From Nitrosopumilus sp. (GTDB lineage Archaea; Thermoproteota; Nitrososphaeria; Nitrososphaerales; Nitrosopumilaceae): a stretch of 64,000 nt of DNA. Under the pieces are notes generated by a model. That model ran no database searches, was not told the DNA's origin, and saw only the letters and a program-made list of their open reading frames with translations. Positions 21,926 through 32,646 of the stretch are shown in pieces; positions within the stretch are counted from its first letter, which is position 1, and every line of letters starts with the position of its first letter. Made by a program: the position numbers and the translations under genes. The DNA is taken from positions 1,184,001-1,248,000 of the forward strand of contig OZ240211.1 of the NCBI GenBank assembly GCA_965197525.1, in the 5' to 3' direction.

Positions 21926-22459
21926 ATGGAAAGAGACGGCCTAGTCATTGTTTATACAGGCAATGGAAAGGGTAAGACAACTGCTGCATTGGGAATTGCG
22001 CTACGCGCTACAGGTTACAAAAAGAGGATATGTATGATTCAATTTATCAAAGGGTCGTGGCATTACGGTGAGATGGATTCATCAAAGAGGCTGGAGCCAG
22101 AGTTTGAGATGGTGGCAGTAGGCAAAGGATTTGTAGGCATTATTGATGACAAGAGCCCAAGAGAGGATCATGAGAATATTGCAAAAGAGGCAGTAAGAGT
22201 CAGTAATGAAAAGATACAGTCAGGCGACTATGATATTGTGATTTTAGATGAGATAAACTATGCTGTGAATTTGAAACTAATTACAGTAGAGCAGGTGTTG
22301 GATATCATCAAATCAAAACCAAGAACAGTAGACCTGGTGCTGACAGGGAACCATGCAAAAGAGGAGGTAATAGAGATAGCTGATCTAGTCACAGAGATGA
22401 GGGTGATAAAGCATCCGTTCCAACGCGGGATTAAAGCCAAGAAAGGAATCGATTTTTGA
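21926..22459 (+). CDS. cobO: Cob(I)yrinic acid a,c-diamide adenosyltransferase
   Basis: YTGNGKGKTTAALG, QFIKG, ILDEIN, KHPF...GIDF. Confidence 0.95.
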   Translation: MERDGLVIVYTGNGKGKTTAALGIALRATGYKKRICMIQFIKGSWHYGEMDSSKRLEPEFEMVAVGKGFVGIIDDKSPREDHENIAKEAVRVSNEKIQSGDYDIVILDEINYAVNLKLITVEQVLDIIKSKPRTVDLVLTGNHAKEEVIEIADLVTEMRVIKHPFQRGIKAKKGIDF

Positions 22460-22959
22460 TTGATAGAATGATGATTAGATTATTGTACGTGAGTTTAGAT
22501 GTATAATTCCATGCTTGATATGTTGCATCATATATGAGTTAAAACTAGTAAAACAAATGATTATAGAATCATATGACGTGTTTCAGCATATCTAATACAA
22601 AAAATATGTAAAATGTATGATAGGGCAATAACTTGAACCTTTATAATATTACTCTGAAAAAAATTTATCTTGTAATTGATCTCTTTTTTTCTCTCTCTAT
22701 CTCTCAAGTTATTTTATATCTGCATAGTTTAGAATTATATGTACATGTATCATTTACTGGAATAAAACACTTTTTGATCACTCTAAAATAGTATATCTTA
22801 CATTAAGCAATTTAATTATCGGAATCTTATCCAGTGATGCATATATTTTTGATCCAAAACATAGTATTGCATATGAGTAGCTGTTACTGACACTCATAAT
22901 ATGGAATTATAATAATACAAATAGATAGACTTTAAGACTAGGCATCATCACATACTACA

Positions 22960-24063
22960 TTGAATATAGACTATGACACAAGTCATGTGGTAAATCTCAA
23001 CTCTCTGCAAGACAACCAGATGAGAAAGATGGGAATACTAAGAGAAAAGGTCAGAGAATTAGAGGTGATTCCAATAGAGCCTGCGGGCTCATACATGCCC
23101 GTGACGTTCAAATCGTTTGATGGTGGCAGATTTGATATGCACTTTGAACCGTTTGAATTCGAGATAGTCAAAGTAGCAGATTCAAGTGGTAACGTTAGGA
23201 TGAACTTTGCGGCGCCTGTAGGAGATATGAGTAATGATAAAGTGTTAGAGGAGATGTTAGAGCCGTTAAACTCGCATCCTGTCATGTGCCACTTTTTAGA
23301 CATAATGGGCAAATCATCGCTAACAGAGATATCTGACATTCTAACTGCCAAAGGTACGCTGATGGAGATTGCAGAGTTTGCATGTATGTTTGATGCCATA
23401 AAACATGCCTCAAGAGATAACAAAACGATAATTCTCAAAGATGGATTGCTGCGTACTAAGAAGATAAAACATGAACTAATTCCATCACTTGTAGAAGTAT
23501 TACACAGAAACAAAGATCATGTAAAGGTGATAGGTGTAGCAAAAACATCAAGATTAGTATTTTTGCTACAAGCAGCACTTGCATGTGAGAAGATCTTCCC
23601 AAGAGAACAGATTGGATATGTCAGGATTCCATTAGGGATAGAGAACATGGCGTACAGATGGAATGGTGCAGGAACCATCCTGCGCGAAATGCCCACCAAG
23701 CTTACATACTCGTTTGGTAATCTGTACATTGCAAAACTCTCACGATACAAGAATCTCTTTGTAACAGTGGAACTGCCCCAAAGAACGGATGGAAGTAATG
23801 TATATTCTGAGGAAGAGGTGACAGAGATAATGAGCTATCTAGCAAAAGATGCAATGTATTCCTACCCCATGATAGGATATCCACAAACCATAATGCGAGC
23901 ACATGAATCAGCTGCAGGACTAGGAATTCCTGCATCCATGTTACATGAGAGTATAATAAAGGGGTTGATAAATAGATCCGATCCATTACTGGCAGAGTAC
24001 ATACGTGACTCAGTCATGCTTGATGAGATAATATCAAAGGAGTATCTTGGAGGCAAGGCATAA
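22960..24063 (+). CDS. NurA-domain nuclease (stand-alone paralog)
   Basis: N-terminal SFDGG, ILKDGLL, VIGVAKTS, C-terminal GYPQTIMRAH: the NurA RNase H-like motif set; TTG start. Confidence 0.75.
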   Translation: MNIDYDTSHVVNLNSLQDNQMRKMGILREKVRELEVIPIEPAGSYMPVTFKSFDGGRFDMHFEPFEFEIVKVADSSGNVRMNFAAPVGDMSNDKVLEEMLEPLNSHPVMCHFLDIMGKSSLTEISDILTAKGTLMEIAEFACMFDAIKHASRDNKTIILKDGLLRTKKIKHELIPSLVEVLHRNKDHVKVIGVAKTSRLVFLLQAALACEKIFPREQIGYVRIPLGIENMAYRWNGAGTILREMPTKLTYSFGNLYIAKLSRYKNLFVTVELPQRTDGSNVYSEEEVTEIMSYLAKDAMYSYPMIGYPQTIMRAHESAAGLGIPASMLHESIIKGLINRSDPLLAEYIRDSVMLDEIISKEYLGGKA

Positions 24064-25889
24064 TGGATGACGACGTAGTAGGAGTATTTACCGGTCTTGA
24101 GAGCTCATTATACGAGTACGTTGCAAAGATAATTGCCCCGTACAGACCCAACTTTAGGCTCGAGATAGGGACGCTGTTGCTAGTCCAGAATATGAAAGAA
24201 GACATAGTAGCAAGAATAATGGACTATTCGCCTAGTGGTGAATTTACTACTGCCATGGGGGAAAAGTGGTTAAGTGAGATAGCGTCCCAGGGCGCCATAG
24301 ATGAGATTGGTCATGACATAAAGAAGAGCAAGATAATCTACAAGATCAGGATAAAGGTATTAGGTTCCATAGAGGAAGGAGTATTTACTGCAGGACTCAA
24401 GAGAATACCGCAGATCACAAGCAAGGTAAAGCTGCCAAACAGGGAGCACCTGCAGACCATAATAAGCAAGGTGATGGAGGGACAAGGTGGCGGTGTACAT
24501 ATAGGCCACTACATCATGGATGAAGACATACAGATAACATTTGATGAAAGCAAGCTCAACTCAAAGAGGACCTTTGTATTTGCAAGGGCAGGATATGGAA
24601 AGAGTAATCTGATGAAGATAATATGCAAAGAATGGAGTAACCGCAACGGCGGACTGTTGGTATTTGATCAAGACGGCGAATACGCAGTAACGGATACTGA
24701 GGGAAGACCAGGTATCATGGACGGAAGAGAGGCGATTCTCATCACGAACCAAAAGATGAATGAAACCCTTGCAAACGTCTATCACAACAACAAGGTAAAT
24801 CTAGCTGATCTACCACACAGGATGATAGTACCGTTGTTGGTAAACCCCATCAAACATGAGACGGTTTTCTTTGGCAAGCTTATGGGCATGAAACCAAACA
24901 AATGGCCAGAACTAGTGAATTTACTACACACAAAAGGATGGGCAGCTGATTATGATGAAATAGATAAGATTGTGACAGGCGGTTCTTCAAGAGGGCCAAG
25001 CGAGATAGACATTAAACCTATACTGAACAATCTGGTGCCATCAATAAACAGTATACATGATCCAGATTCCAAGACAATTCAGATTGTTGAACAATCGCTA
25101 CGCCAAGGAAACGTGGTAATATTTGACATATCCCGGCTTGACTCCCAGACTGCGCGATGGCTGAGCTCCATGATAGTCACGATGATATTCAACCGGAACA
25201 AGGAGAATTTCATCAAGCATGGAGGAACCGGCCTCATCAAGGCTACATTTGTACTAGAAGAGGCGCACAATGTACTAGGTGGAAGTGATAGATCGTCTGC
25301 TCCGTCTGCGTTTGTTGAACTTGCAAAAGAGGGAAGAAAGTACAACCTAGGTGGAATATTCATAACCCAGCAACCCGGAAGCATACCTACTGATATCGTA
25401 AGCCAAGGCGACAACTTTTTTGTCTTCCATCTGTTAAGCAGAAAGGACCTCGAATCACTATCCAACGCAAACGCGCATTATTCTCGAGACATCATAACAC
25501 AGATACTCAATGAACCGATAAGAGGGAAGAGTTACATGTGGACGTCTCACCAACCGTTTGTCATACCTGTAATGATGAGGAATTTTGAGGATCTAGTACA
25601 ACCTAACAAAAGTGTGGAGAAACAAGCTGCTTCTCCTATCCTCCCACACATGCTAAAAGGTATGAGGGAGAAGGACAAAAATCCGATTATAAGATCAGTG
25701 TATGAAAAGTTTATCAAGATAGAAAAAGATCCGTCAATAGCTCAAGATAAAAAAGGTGTTGAAACTTTTAAAATTCTAACAGATGATGAAAAACAATATC
25801 TTGATGGCATAGATGCATTGCAGCCTGGTCATGATGGCAAACCATTTGCCCTCTCATACCCATATCAACGTAAACTAAAAGCCATGTGA
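24063..25889 (+). CDS. HerA/FtsK-family ATPase (DUF87), coupled to NurA
   Basis: N-terminal HAS-barrel-like region, Walker A ARAGYGKS, FDQDGEY, Walker B FVLEEAH, KEGRKY, ITQQP; TAATG stop/start overlap. Confidence 0.85.
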   Translation: MDDDVVGVFTGLESSLYEYVAKIIAPYRPNFRLEIGTLLLVQNMKEDIVARIMDYSPSGEFTTAMGEKWLSEIASQGAIDEIGHDIKKSKIIYKIRIKVLGSIEEGVFTAGLKRIPQITSKVKLPNREHLQTIISKVMEGQGGGVHIGHYIMDEDIQITFDESKLNSKRTFVFARAGYGKSNLMKIICKEWSNRNGGLLVFDQDGEYAVTDTEGRPGIMDGREAILITNQKMNETLANVYHNNKVNLADLPHRMIVPLLVNPIKHETVFFGKLMGMKPNKWPELVNLLHTKGWAADYDEIDKIVTGGSSRGPSEIDIKPILNNLVPSINSIHDPDSKTIQIVEQSLRQGNVVIFDISRLDSQTARWLSSMIVTMIFNRNKENFIKHGGTGLIKATFVLEEAHNVLGGSDRSSAPSAFVELAKEGRKYNLGGIFITQQPGSIPTDIVSQGDNFFVFHLLSRKDLESLSNANAHYSRDIITQILNEPIRGKSYMWTSHQPFVIPVMMRNFEDLVQPNKSVEKQAASPILPHMLKGMREKDKNPIIRSVYEKFIKIEKDPSIAQDKKGVETFKILTDDEKQYLDGIDALQPGHDGKPFALSYPYQRKLKAM

Positions 25890-26060
25890 TACTCTGGCAA
25901 CTAGATCATCTCACTTTTTCTGCAGGAGGATATAACACGCAGACAGCTAGCAAAAATAATATTCTAGAATGCAGAGATTCAATTTAGAAGAATCATAGTG
26001 TTTGGATACCGCTATCAGCAAAACGATCCACGCAATCAACACGCAGATAATCAAGTTTTA

Positions 26061-26080
26061 TGGAACTAGATGTAGTTCCA
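26061..26080. terminator. Perfect hairpin between convergent herA and FTR1 genes
   Basis: TGGAACTA-GATG-TAGTTCCA (8-bp stem); function inferred from position only. Confidence 0.3.
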
Positions 26081-26133
26081 AATAACAAAATGATCTACAC
26101 ATGGAATCATTTACCGGTTGTCATTATGATCCG

Positions 26134-28350
26134 TCAGTGTCCTTCTATATCAAACTCATCCTTTCTGGATTTTCTCATCGCCTCTAGCTTGGCTGCCTTT
26201 TTGGGTCGTAGGATCAGTACATAGCTTGATGCCACAAGGTACACGCTAAGCAGAACTATCTGTGCTACCACCGTCTCCAACGTCGGATATATTCCAGTCA
26301 TGGTGGCAAGATTGATGTCCAGTCTTGGTACCACACCCAACATGCTGGTGTATGGCACAAAGTCCAGTACCTGCAGCTCCCTTACTGCATTACCCAAAAA
26401 TGCAATAGAGAGGTATGCCCCTATTCCCATAGTCAGACCAAAGAGGACCCTTAGTGGCAAGCGTTTGCCCAGTCTTCTCATCACGAAATATATCAAGAGC
26501 AACGAGCCTATACCCACAATAAAGCCAAGGCCCACATAGAGCTCCAGATACTTTGCAAAGCCGAACATCGCCTGGTAGAACAGCACCGTCTCAAACCCCT
26601 CACGATAAATGGTAAAAAACGACAATAAGATAAAGACAGTCGCGCTTCCGGTAGTGGTAGCCTGCCAGACCTTGGCCTTTACAAACTCCATCCATTTCTT
26701 GTGTTCTATCTTGTTGAGTATCCAAAAGCTTACATAAAACAGCACAGCAGTCGCAGACAGGGCAGCAATAGCCTCAATAAGTTCCCGATTGGCGCCTGAT
26801 ATCTCTATGACATACGACGCTACCACCCACGTGATTCCAGTTGCCACTATTCCTGCCAGGATGCCATAGTAGACATGTGATTTGAACCGTGTGCTACGTG
26901 AGGCTTCCAGATACGTGAGTATAGCACCAAGTATGAGGACTGACTCTAGTCCCTCCCTAAATATGATGGCAAATGAGGCAGTAAATGCTATGAGCGGGGC
27001 GATCTGACCACTTCCAGTTACCAAGCGTTCGGATTCGTCCAAGTTGCGATCTATGGCTATGGATACTCGCTGGACATCCTCGTATGGAGCTTGTTCCTTG
27101 ATGAGGTTGCGCAGTTCGGCGAACTGATACTCCACCTCTAATGTAAAGTCAGGTGCAATAGGCCGTAGTGGGATCTCTACATATTCGTAGCTGTCAAGGT
27201 ACGCTGTCCTAGAGGTTGCATATGCAGAGGCATAATCACCATTCTCATAATGTATGAGCATCTCCTGTAGACTGGAGCGGATAAAATCGATCTCAGTCCT
27301 TACCTCAGCCTGCTGGTCTTCTGTGGAATCACCTCTCTCCTTGAGTGTCCTCTCAGCGTTGGCTGCCAACGGATCGGTGGTAGTAGCCAAGAATGCAACT
27401 GTCATCTCCTCGCCTCTGTTCAAATCTGGCAGTATGGACACCTCTAGAAATTCTCTGATTTCATCCGGACTCTGGCCATCCTTTATCATTCCTCTTAGCT
27501 CTTCTCTCATATCAATCTCCAGCGCATACATGAACTCGGCATCAATTATCTCCAGAGTGGGTTCCAAGTATTCAAAATTCTCCAAGTATGCCTCTATTGC
27601 TAGCTCCTCTGCTGCATCATAATCTCCTGCATCGACTGCCTCTAACAGCTTGGCGTACAGTACCCTGATGTTCTCGTACAGTTTCTCCTGATCGTGTCCT
27701 GCAGTCTGTGTACCTAAGAGATCCCGTTGTATGGCACTCACTATGTTGCCTATTGGTACGAATCCCATCCTGTTCTCCACACCTTCTTCCAAGTCGTTGA
27801 AGAACGATTGTTGCTCCAAGTCCAGCATCACGTTCAAATTCGCGTCCTGTTCAAAGAGCATCTTGGATTCTGAGAATATGGTTCTTGCGATCTCGTAGGC
27901 GGCATCATTCTCCTCGTCGATTGCAACAACATACTCCTCGTAGGCTGCTGACAGCATGTCAACTACCACTAGGTCGAGGTTTTCTGCATGAACATCATAA
28001 GCATTTAGTTGTGATAATATAGAGTCAAACTCCTGAGTCGAACCAGATTTTATGGATACTGGAAGATCCAAAAGGGATATGTGTAACTCGTTAGTGACAG
28101 ACTGGTCATGCTCCCGCAACCCCTGCAGACCCAGTGCTAGGTTATTTGACGCGAATTCTGCAGCGTATCGTGCGTTTTCTGCATCCCCATCTTGAGCAAA
28201 ATCTTTTCCAATGTTCAGTCCGGTCTCCACAATCTTCAGTGTGGAGACAGGCGAGTGTACAAATCCTTGCTGGAATGATTCAGATGGGATAAATAACAAT
28301 AAACTGACTATTACAGTTAACAGAAAATATCTATGGATAACTCGAAGCAA
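26134..28350 (-). CDS. FTR1/OFeT-family iron permease with a long extracellular helical N-terminus
   Basis: Two REGxE motifs (IFREGLES, IYREGFET) in a C-terminal multi-TM domain; signal peptide. Confidence 0.9.
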   Translation of the reverse strand: MLRVIHRYFLLTVIVSLLLFIPSESFQQGFVHSPVSTLKIVETGLNIGKDFAQDGDAENARYAAEFASNNLALGLQGLREHDQSVTNELHISLLDLPVSIKSGSTQEFDSILSQLNAYDVHAENLDLVVVDMLSAAYEEYVVAIDEENDAAYEIARTIFSESKMLFEQDANLNVMLDLEQQSFFNDLEEGVENRMGFVPIGNIVSAIQRDLLGTQTAGHDQEKLYENIRVLYAKLLEAVDAGDYDAAEELAIEAYLENFEYLEPTLEIIDAEFMYALEIDMREELRGMIKDGQSPDEIREFLEVSILPDLNRGEEMTVAFLATTTDPLAANAERTLKERGDSTEDQQAEVRTEIDFIRSSLQEMLIHYENGDYASAYATSRTAYLDSYEYVEIPLRPIAPDFTLEVEYQFAELRNLIKEQAPYEDVQRVSIAIDRNLDESERLVTGSGQIAPLIAFTASFAIIFREGLESVLILGAILTYLEASRSTRFKSHVYYGILAGIVATGITWVVASYVIEISGANRELIEAIAALSATAVLFYVSFWILNKIEHKKWMEFVKAKVWQATTTGSATVFILLSFFTIYREGFETVLFYQAMFGFAKYLELYVGLGFIVGIGSLLLIYFVMRRLGKRLPLRVLFGLTMGIGAYLSIAFLGNAVRELQVLDFVPYTSMLGVVPRLDINLATMTGIYPTLETVVAQIVLLSVYLVASSYVLILRPKKAAKLEAMRKSRKDEFDIEGH

Positions 28351-28489
28351 TATATTGATTGAATGTCGGTGTTTATTAAAAGCTTAATTTCATTCCATAG
28401 TTATAGAGTAGCCACGTACACTAACGGTATTAGAGGAGAGACACTATCTAAAATAAGAGCCAAAGTCAAAAAAAAATGGAATTGTTGTG

Positions 28490-31400
28490 CTATGCTGTGT
28501 ATCGCAGGCGTGTATTGTAACGTAGTCCTAGTACAACAGCAGATGTTATGGCAATGCCCAAGACTATCATAGCCAAGGTGCCAAACTCTGGTACGATCAC
28601 TGCGACTGTGTCCATTCTTTCCATCAACGCATCTATACGTTCGTTGATCTCGGCTACCGGAGCACCAGCATTCATCCTGTCTCGTAGTTCTTCACGCATG
28701 AGAGTCTCCACTTCTAGCATCAGATCCCGCTCACCAGCATCATCTAGTGGTCCTTCCAAGAACTCGTAATTATCAAGATATGCTTCTCTTACGAAACTCT
28801 CAGCCAAGGCAGCGTTACCTTGTCTGTACTCAATTCTTGCGTCTTCAAGTAATCGTCGAATTTCTGAGACGTAATCAAGCAGGTTTTCTTCTACTATCTC
28901 TCCAGAGAGATTCTGTAACGTCTTGACATTGTCCAAGCCTTCTGATACCAAGGTCGTCACCGTAGCCGTACTACCGTAAGACGTGACAATTGAGTCGATC
29001 TCATCGAGTATCGAGCCTAGTCTGGAAGTATCAGATGTAGATAGTGCTGAAAACTCACCAGAATTGGAATTGTATAGACTTTGTGCCCTGGATAGGAACG
29101 CCACGGTCTCGTCATACTCCACCTGATTCACTATTTTGCCGTCTGCGACAGCATCTACATATTCTATATCAATTAGGGTAAGTCTGTCTTTGATTCCAGA
29201 TAACGCAATGCCTATTGGACTAGTGTCTCCGCCCTCATATTGACGTATGACCGTCTCGACTATGGACAGTGAGGTCTCAAGTTTCTGGATCTTTGTGTTT
29301 TTACTTAGTGTAGATTCGGTGACCCTTATTACCTCCTCCATCTGGCGTAACACAGATCCGGCCTTGTCAGAATCCAATACGCGCTCCATATCTGGATGTA
29401 GTGTACGATAATAATAGAGTCCCTCGTATGCAAATTTCTTGGATCCTTGGGCGTCATCATCCTGCAACGCCTTGATTGCAGCTTCTATCTCTTCTACTGT
29501 CTTGAGTTTGAATATTTCAAGCAGATCGTCCTTGATTGTGTCACCTTGTTCAGGAGTCACGCTTCCAGTAGAGGAGATCGTGGCCAGAACATCATTTGTT
29601 GCATAATCTTTCTCAGATATTCCAAACTTTTTCTCCATCACATCAAACCATGCCAAGAGTCTATTAGCGTCATTTGTAACGATTGCATTCTCTATTTCGT
29701 GGTATGCGATCTTGTATATGGTCTTGTCAATTATCTGCCGATTGAGTTTTACCTGATCAACGTTGCCTTGTTTGAGCAGACGATCATCCTCGGAGAACGT
29801 GTCTGTGATTAACATGTCGTCTTGGGCGTCATTTGCCTTGGCTGCTGATTGGAAGACATCCTCGTAGATGGATTTCGCGCTATTTAGTTTGGATATGGCC
29901 TCGTTTGTGGTAGATGCCTTCTCAGATGCTGACAGTTCAGACTTTATCATACTCCAAGAGTCACCCAATGGGGTTGTTGGAGTGCCAGATAGTACAGCTG
30001 CTACCGTGTTCATCTTACCAAGTATGGTATTGATTCTAGAGTCTATCTCGGCTACCGGAGCACCAGATCTAATCCTGTCTCGCAGTTCCTCACGCATCAG
30101 AACCTCGACCTCTTCCATTAACCCACGCTCTCCGGCCTCTACGAGCGGTCCCTCTATGAACTCATAGTTGTCAAGGTATGCCTTTGTGACATAACTCAAT
30201 GCAAGATCAGAGTTGCCTTGACGGTATTCAGATTTTGCATCAGTAAGAAGTGTGTTAATTGTATCAACATAGTTTGACAAATTACTGGATTCATCATCAT
30301 ATCCGGTCATCTCGTCAATCTCATGTATTATTCCACCTGCCAGTGTCTCTACCGTATCAGGACTTGCTATTTGGTCGTATGCTGCCCAGAGTTCCTCGTA
30401 GAGTTCCTCAATCTCGTCTGCCTCATGACTATCAATGTCAGACTTTATCTCATTGAAGATCTGCTGGGATCTCCACACAAATGCAGAGCCGTCCTGGAAT
30501 TCTGCTACCTCTGTAATGGCACCGTTGGTAACTGCCTCACCATATTCTGCAATGGATGTCTCTAGAAGACCTTTCATAAGTAATAGTTTAAAGTTAGGAT
30601 CAGCACTCACTCCTGCATTTATGACCGTGTTGCGTACGGTCTCGACTAGTTCCTTTGCATCATCGACTGCCTGTTGTGCTTGGGCACGTGACACATCAGT
30701 TGATGCCTTGTCCTTTAGTTCTACGAGCACGGTTCGGAATTGGGCGTCAAGTGCTGGATTTGCATCTTGTATAACTGGTTTCATGACATCGTATAGTTCA
30801 GCAATTGGATGCGTTGCATGAACAATAGCTAGTTCAGCATTTCTCTCATCTAAATTCAATTCAATAGCCCAGAAGTGACCCAATGTCTCTTCGAGGCTTC
30901 CTGCAAACGCGACAGTTGCATCATCATATCCGGTAAGATCATCAATCTCGTGGATTATTCCACCTGCCAGTGTCTCTACCGTATCAGGACTTGCTATTTG
31001 GTCGTATGCTGCCCAGAGTTCCTCGTAGAGTTCCTCAATCTCGTCTGCCTCATGACTATCAATGTCAGACTTTATCTCATTGAAGATCTGCTGGGATCTC
31101 CACACAAATGCAGAGCCGTCCTGGAATTCTGCTACCTCTGTAATTCACCATATTCTGCATGTCTCTAGAAGACCTTTCATAAGTAATAGTTTAAAGTTAG
31201 GATCAGCACTCACTCCTGCATTTATGACCGTGTTGCGTACGGTCTCGACTAGTTCCTTTGCATCATCGACTGCCTGTTGTGCTTGGGCACGTGACACATC
31301 AGTTGATGCCTTGTCCTTTAGTTCTACGAGCACGGTTCGGAATTGGGCGTCAAGTGCTGGATTTGCATCTTGTATAACTGGTTTCATGACATCGTATAGT

Positions 31401-31603
31401 TCAGCAATTGGATGCGTTGCATGAACAATAGCTAGTTCAGCATTTCTCTCATCTAAATTCAATTCAATAGCCCAGAAGTGACCCAATGTCTCTTCGAGGC
31501 TTCCTGCAAACGCGACAGTCTCATCACTATCTGCAAATGCAAGTGGAGTGGCAGATAAAATTGTCAATATAGATACTGTAAACAGTATTTTATCATATTG
31601 CAT
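28490..31603 (-). pseudogene. Large secreted PEFG-CTERM helical-repeat protein (putative iron-binding); one reading frame interrupted by a single TGA at 31145-31147
   Basis: Signal peptide at 31603; C-terminal VIVPEFG+TM+basic tail; ORFs 31145..31603 and 28490..31105 are in the same frame (3114 nt total). Confidence 0.8.
30293..31519. repeat. Internal tandem duplication: copy B 30293-30916 (624 bp), copy A 30920-31519 (600 bp)
   Basis: Identical by eye except deletions of 5 and 19 bp in copy A and 6 substitutions clustered near the 3' end of the unit. Confidence 0.9.
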
Positions 31604-32646
31604 AATAGAATTTGTTCTTATGTGCTTTTTAAGTTGTTTGCAGGTTATAGAATGATATTTTATGAGTATAAAATAAGTATAGAGAATGTATTTTAGAAAA
31701 TAATTTGATTATTCGCATCTTTGGTTGATTTACATTTCTAAATAATGTATGAAACAAAGCACGAGTTATAGGTAATCTAAGCAGCTAGAAAGTTAATTTG
31801 GAAAATTAATTTTATCAAAAAGGTACTTGCTCACATCCCTCTTGATTAGTGCCTATGGATAGGTCGATGTGGATTATAGTTATGCACGGAGTAAGGTATG
31901 ACGTGAACAAGTACTCAAAAAGAATTTCAATATGATTCTGGTACAAACTTGATAAAAAAGATCAAAATATGTGTATTTATACAAATCCTACAACTCGAAA
32001 AAATATAATCAAGAATAAAAATACAGTAGTTATTTGTAGATTGGTATTTTATCTGGTAGATTTATTATACAACAAGTATAACTAATGGTATCCAGTATAC
32101 ATTCAATCTATGTATACATTCAATATTTGTAAATGCGCTGCAAACCCACACACATATAAAAACAGAGCAGTTAGAGAAACAATAGTCAAACAACGGACTA
32201 GTCTTCATGAATTCGAACCAAAAGAATTAAGAGTCAAAGATTAAGAATATGCTGTACAATTTAGCAGAGAAGTAAGTATGTGATAAAATATCAACATATC
32301 ATAAAAGAACCAAATCAACACAATTGCAGTGTTATTATTATTATTTGCATTCACATGATTGTGACTCTACTTTTAATACGCTCCAACGATCATGTCTATC
32401 CATATAATGAACTCTTCTGCGAATATGACGAATAACAAATGTCTGTAGACAAGTCAAGAATCAAACTTGTTTGGACCATATTCTGATGCTGTTATTTATA
32501 GCGATAACAGATAGTTGAGAAACCTACTTCTTTATAGTCCAAAAAATGGCATGGCTCTGTATATCACACGAATAGCAGAGGATCTGAAGATAAATCAAGC
32601 AGACATCTAGTAACATTCATTTACATAATGATAGATTTTAGAAGAA

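Noticed and set aside
31145-31147. In-frame TGA as selenocysteine recoding
   Set aside because: It arises from local deletions relative to the intact copy and does not align to a Cys; Sec use is not known in this lineage
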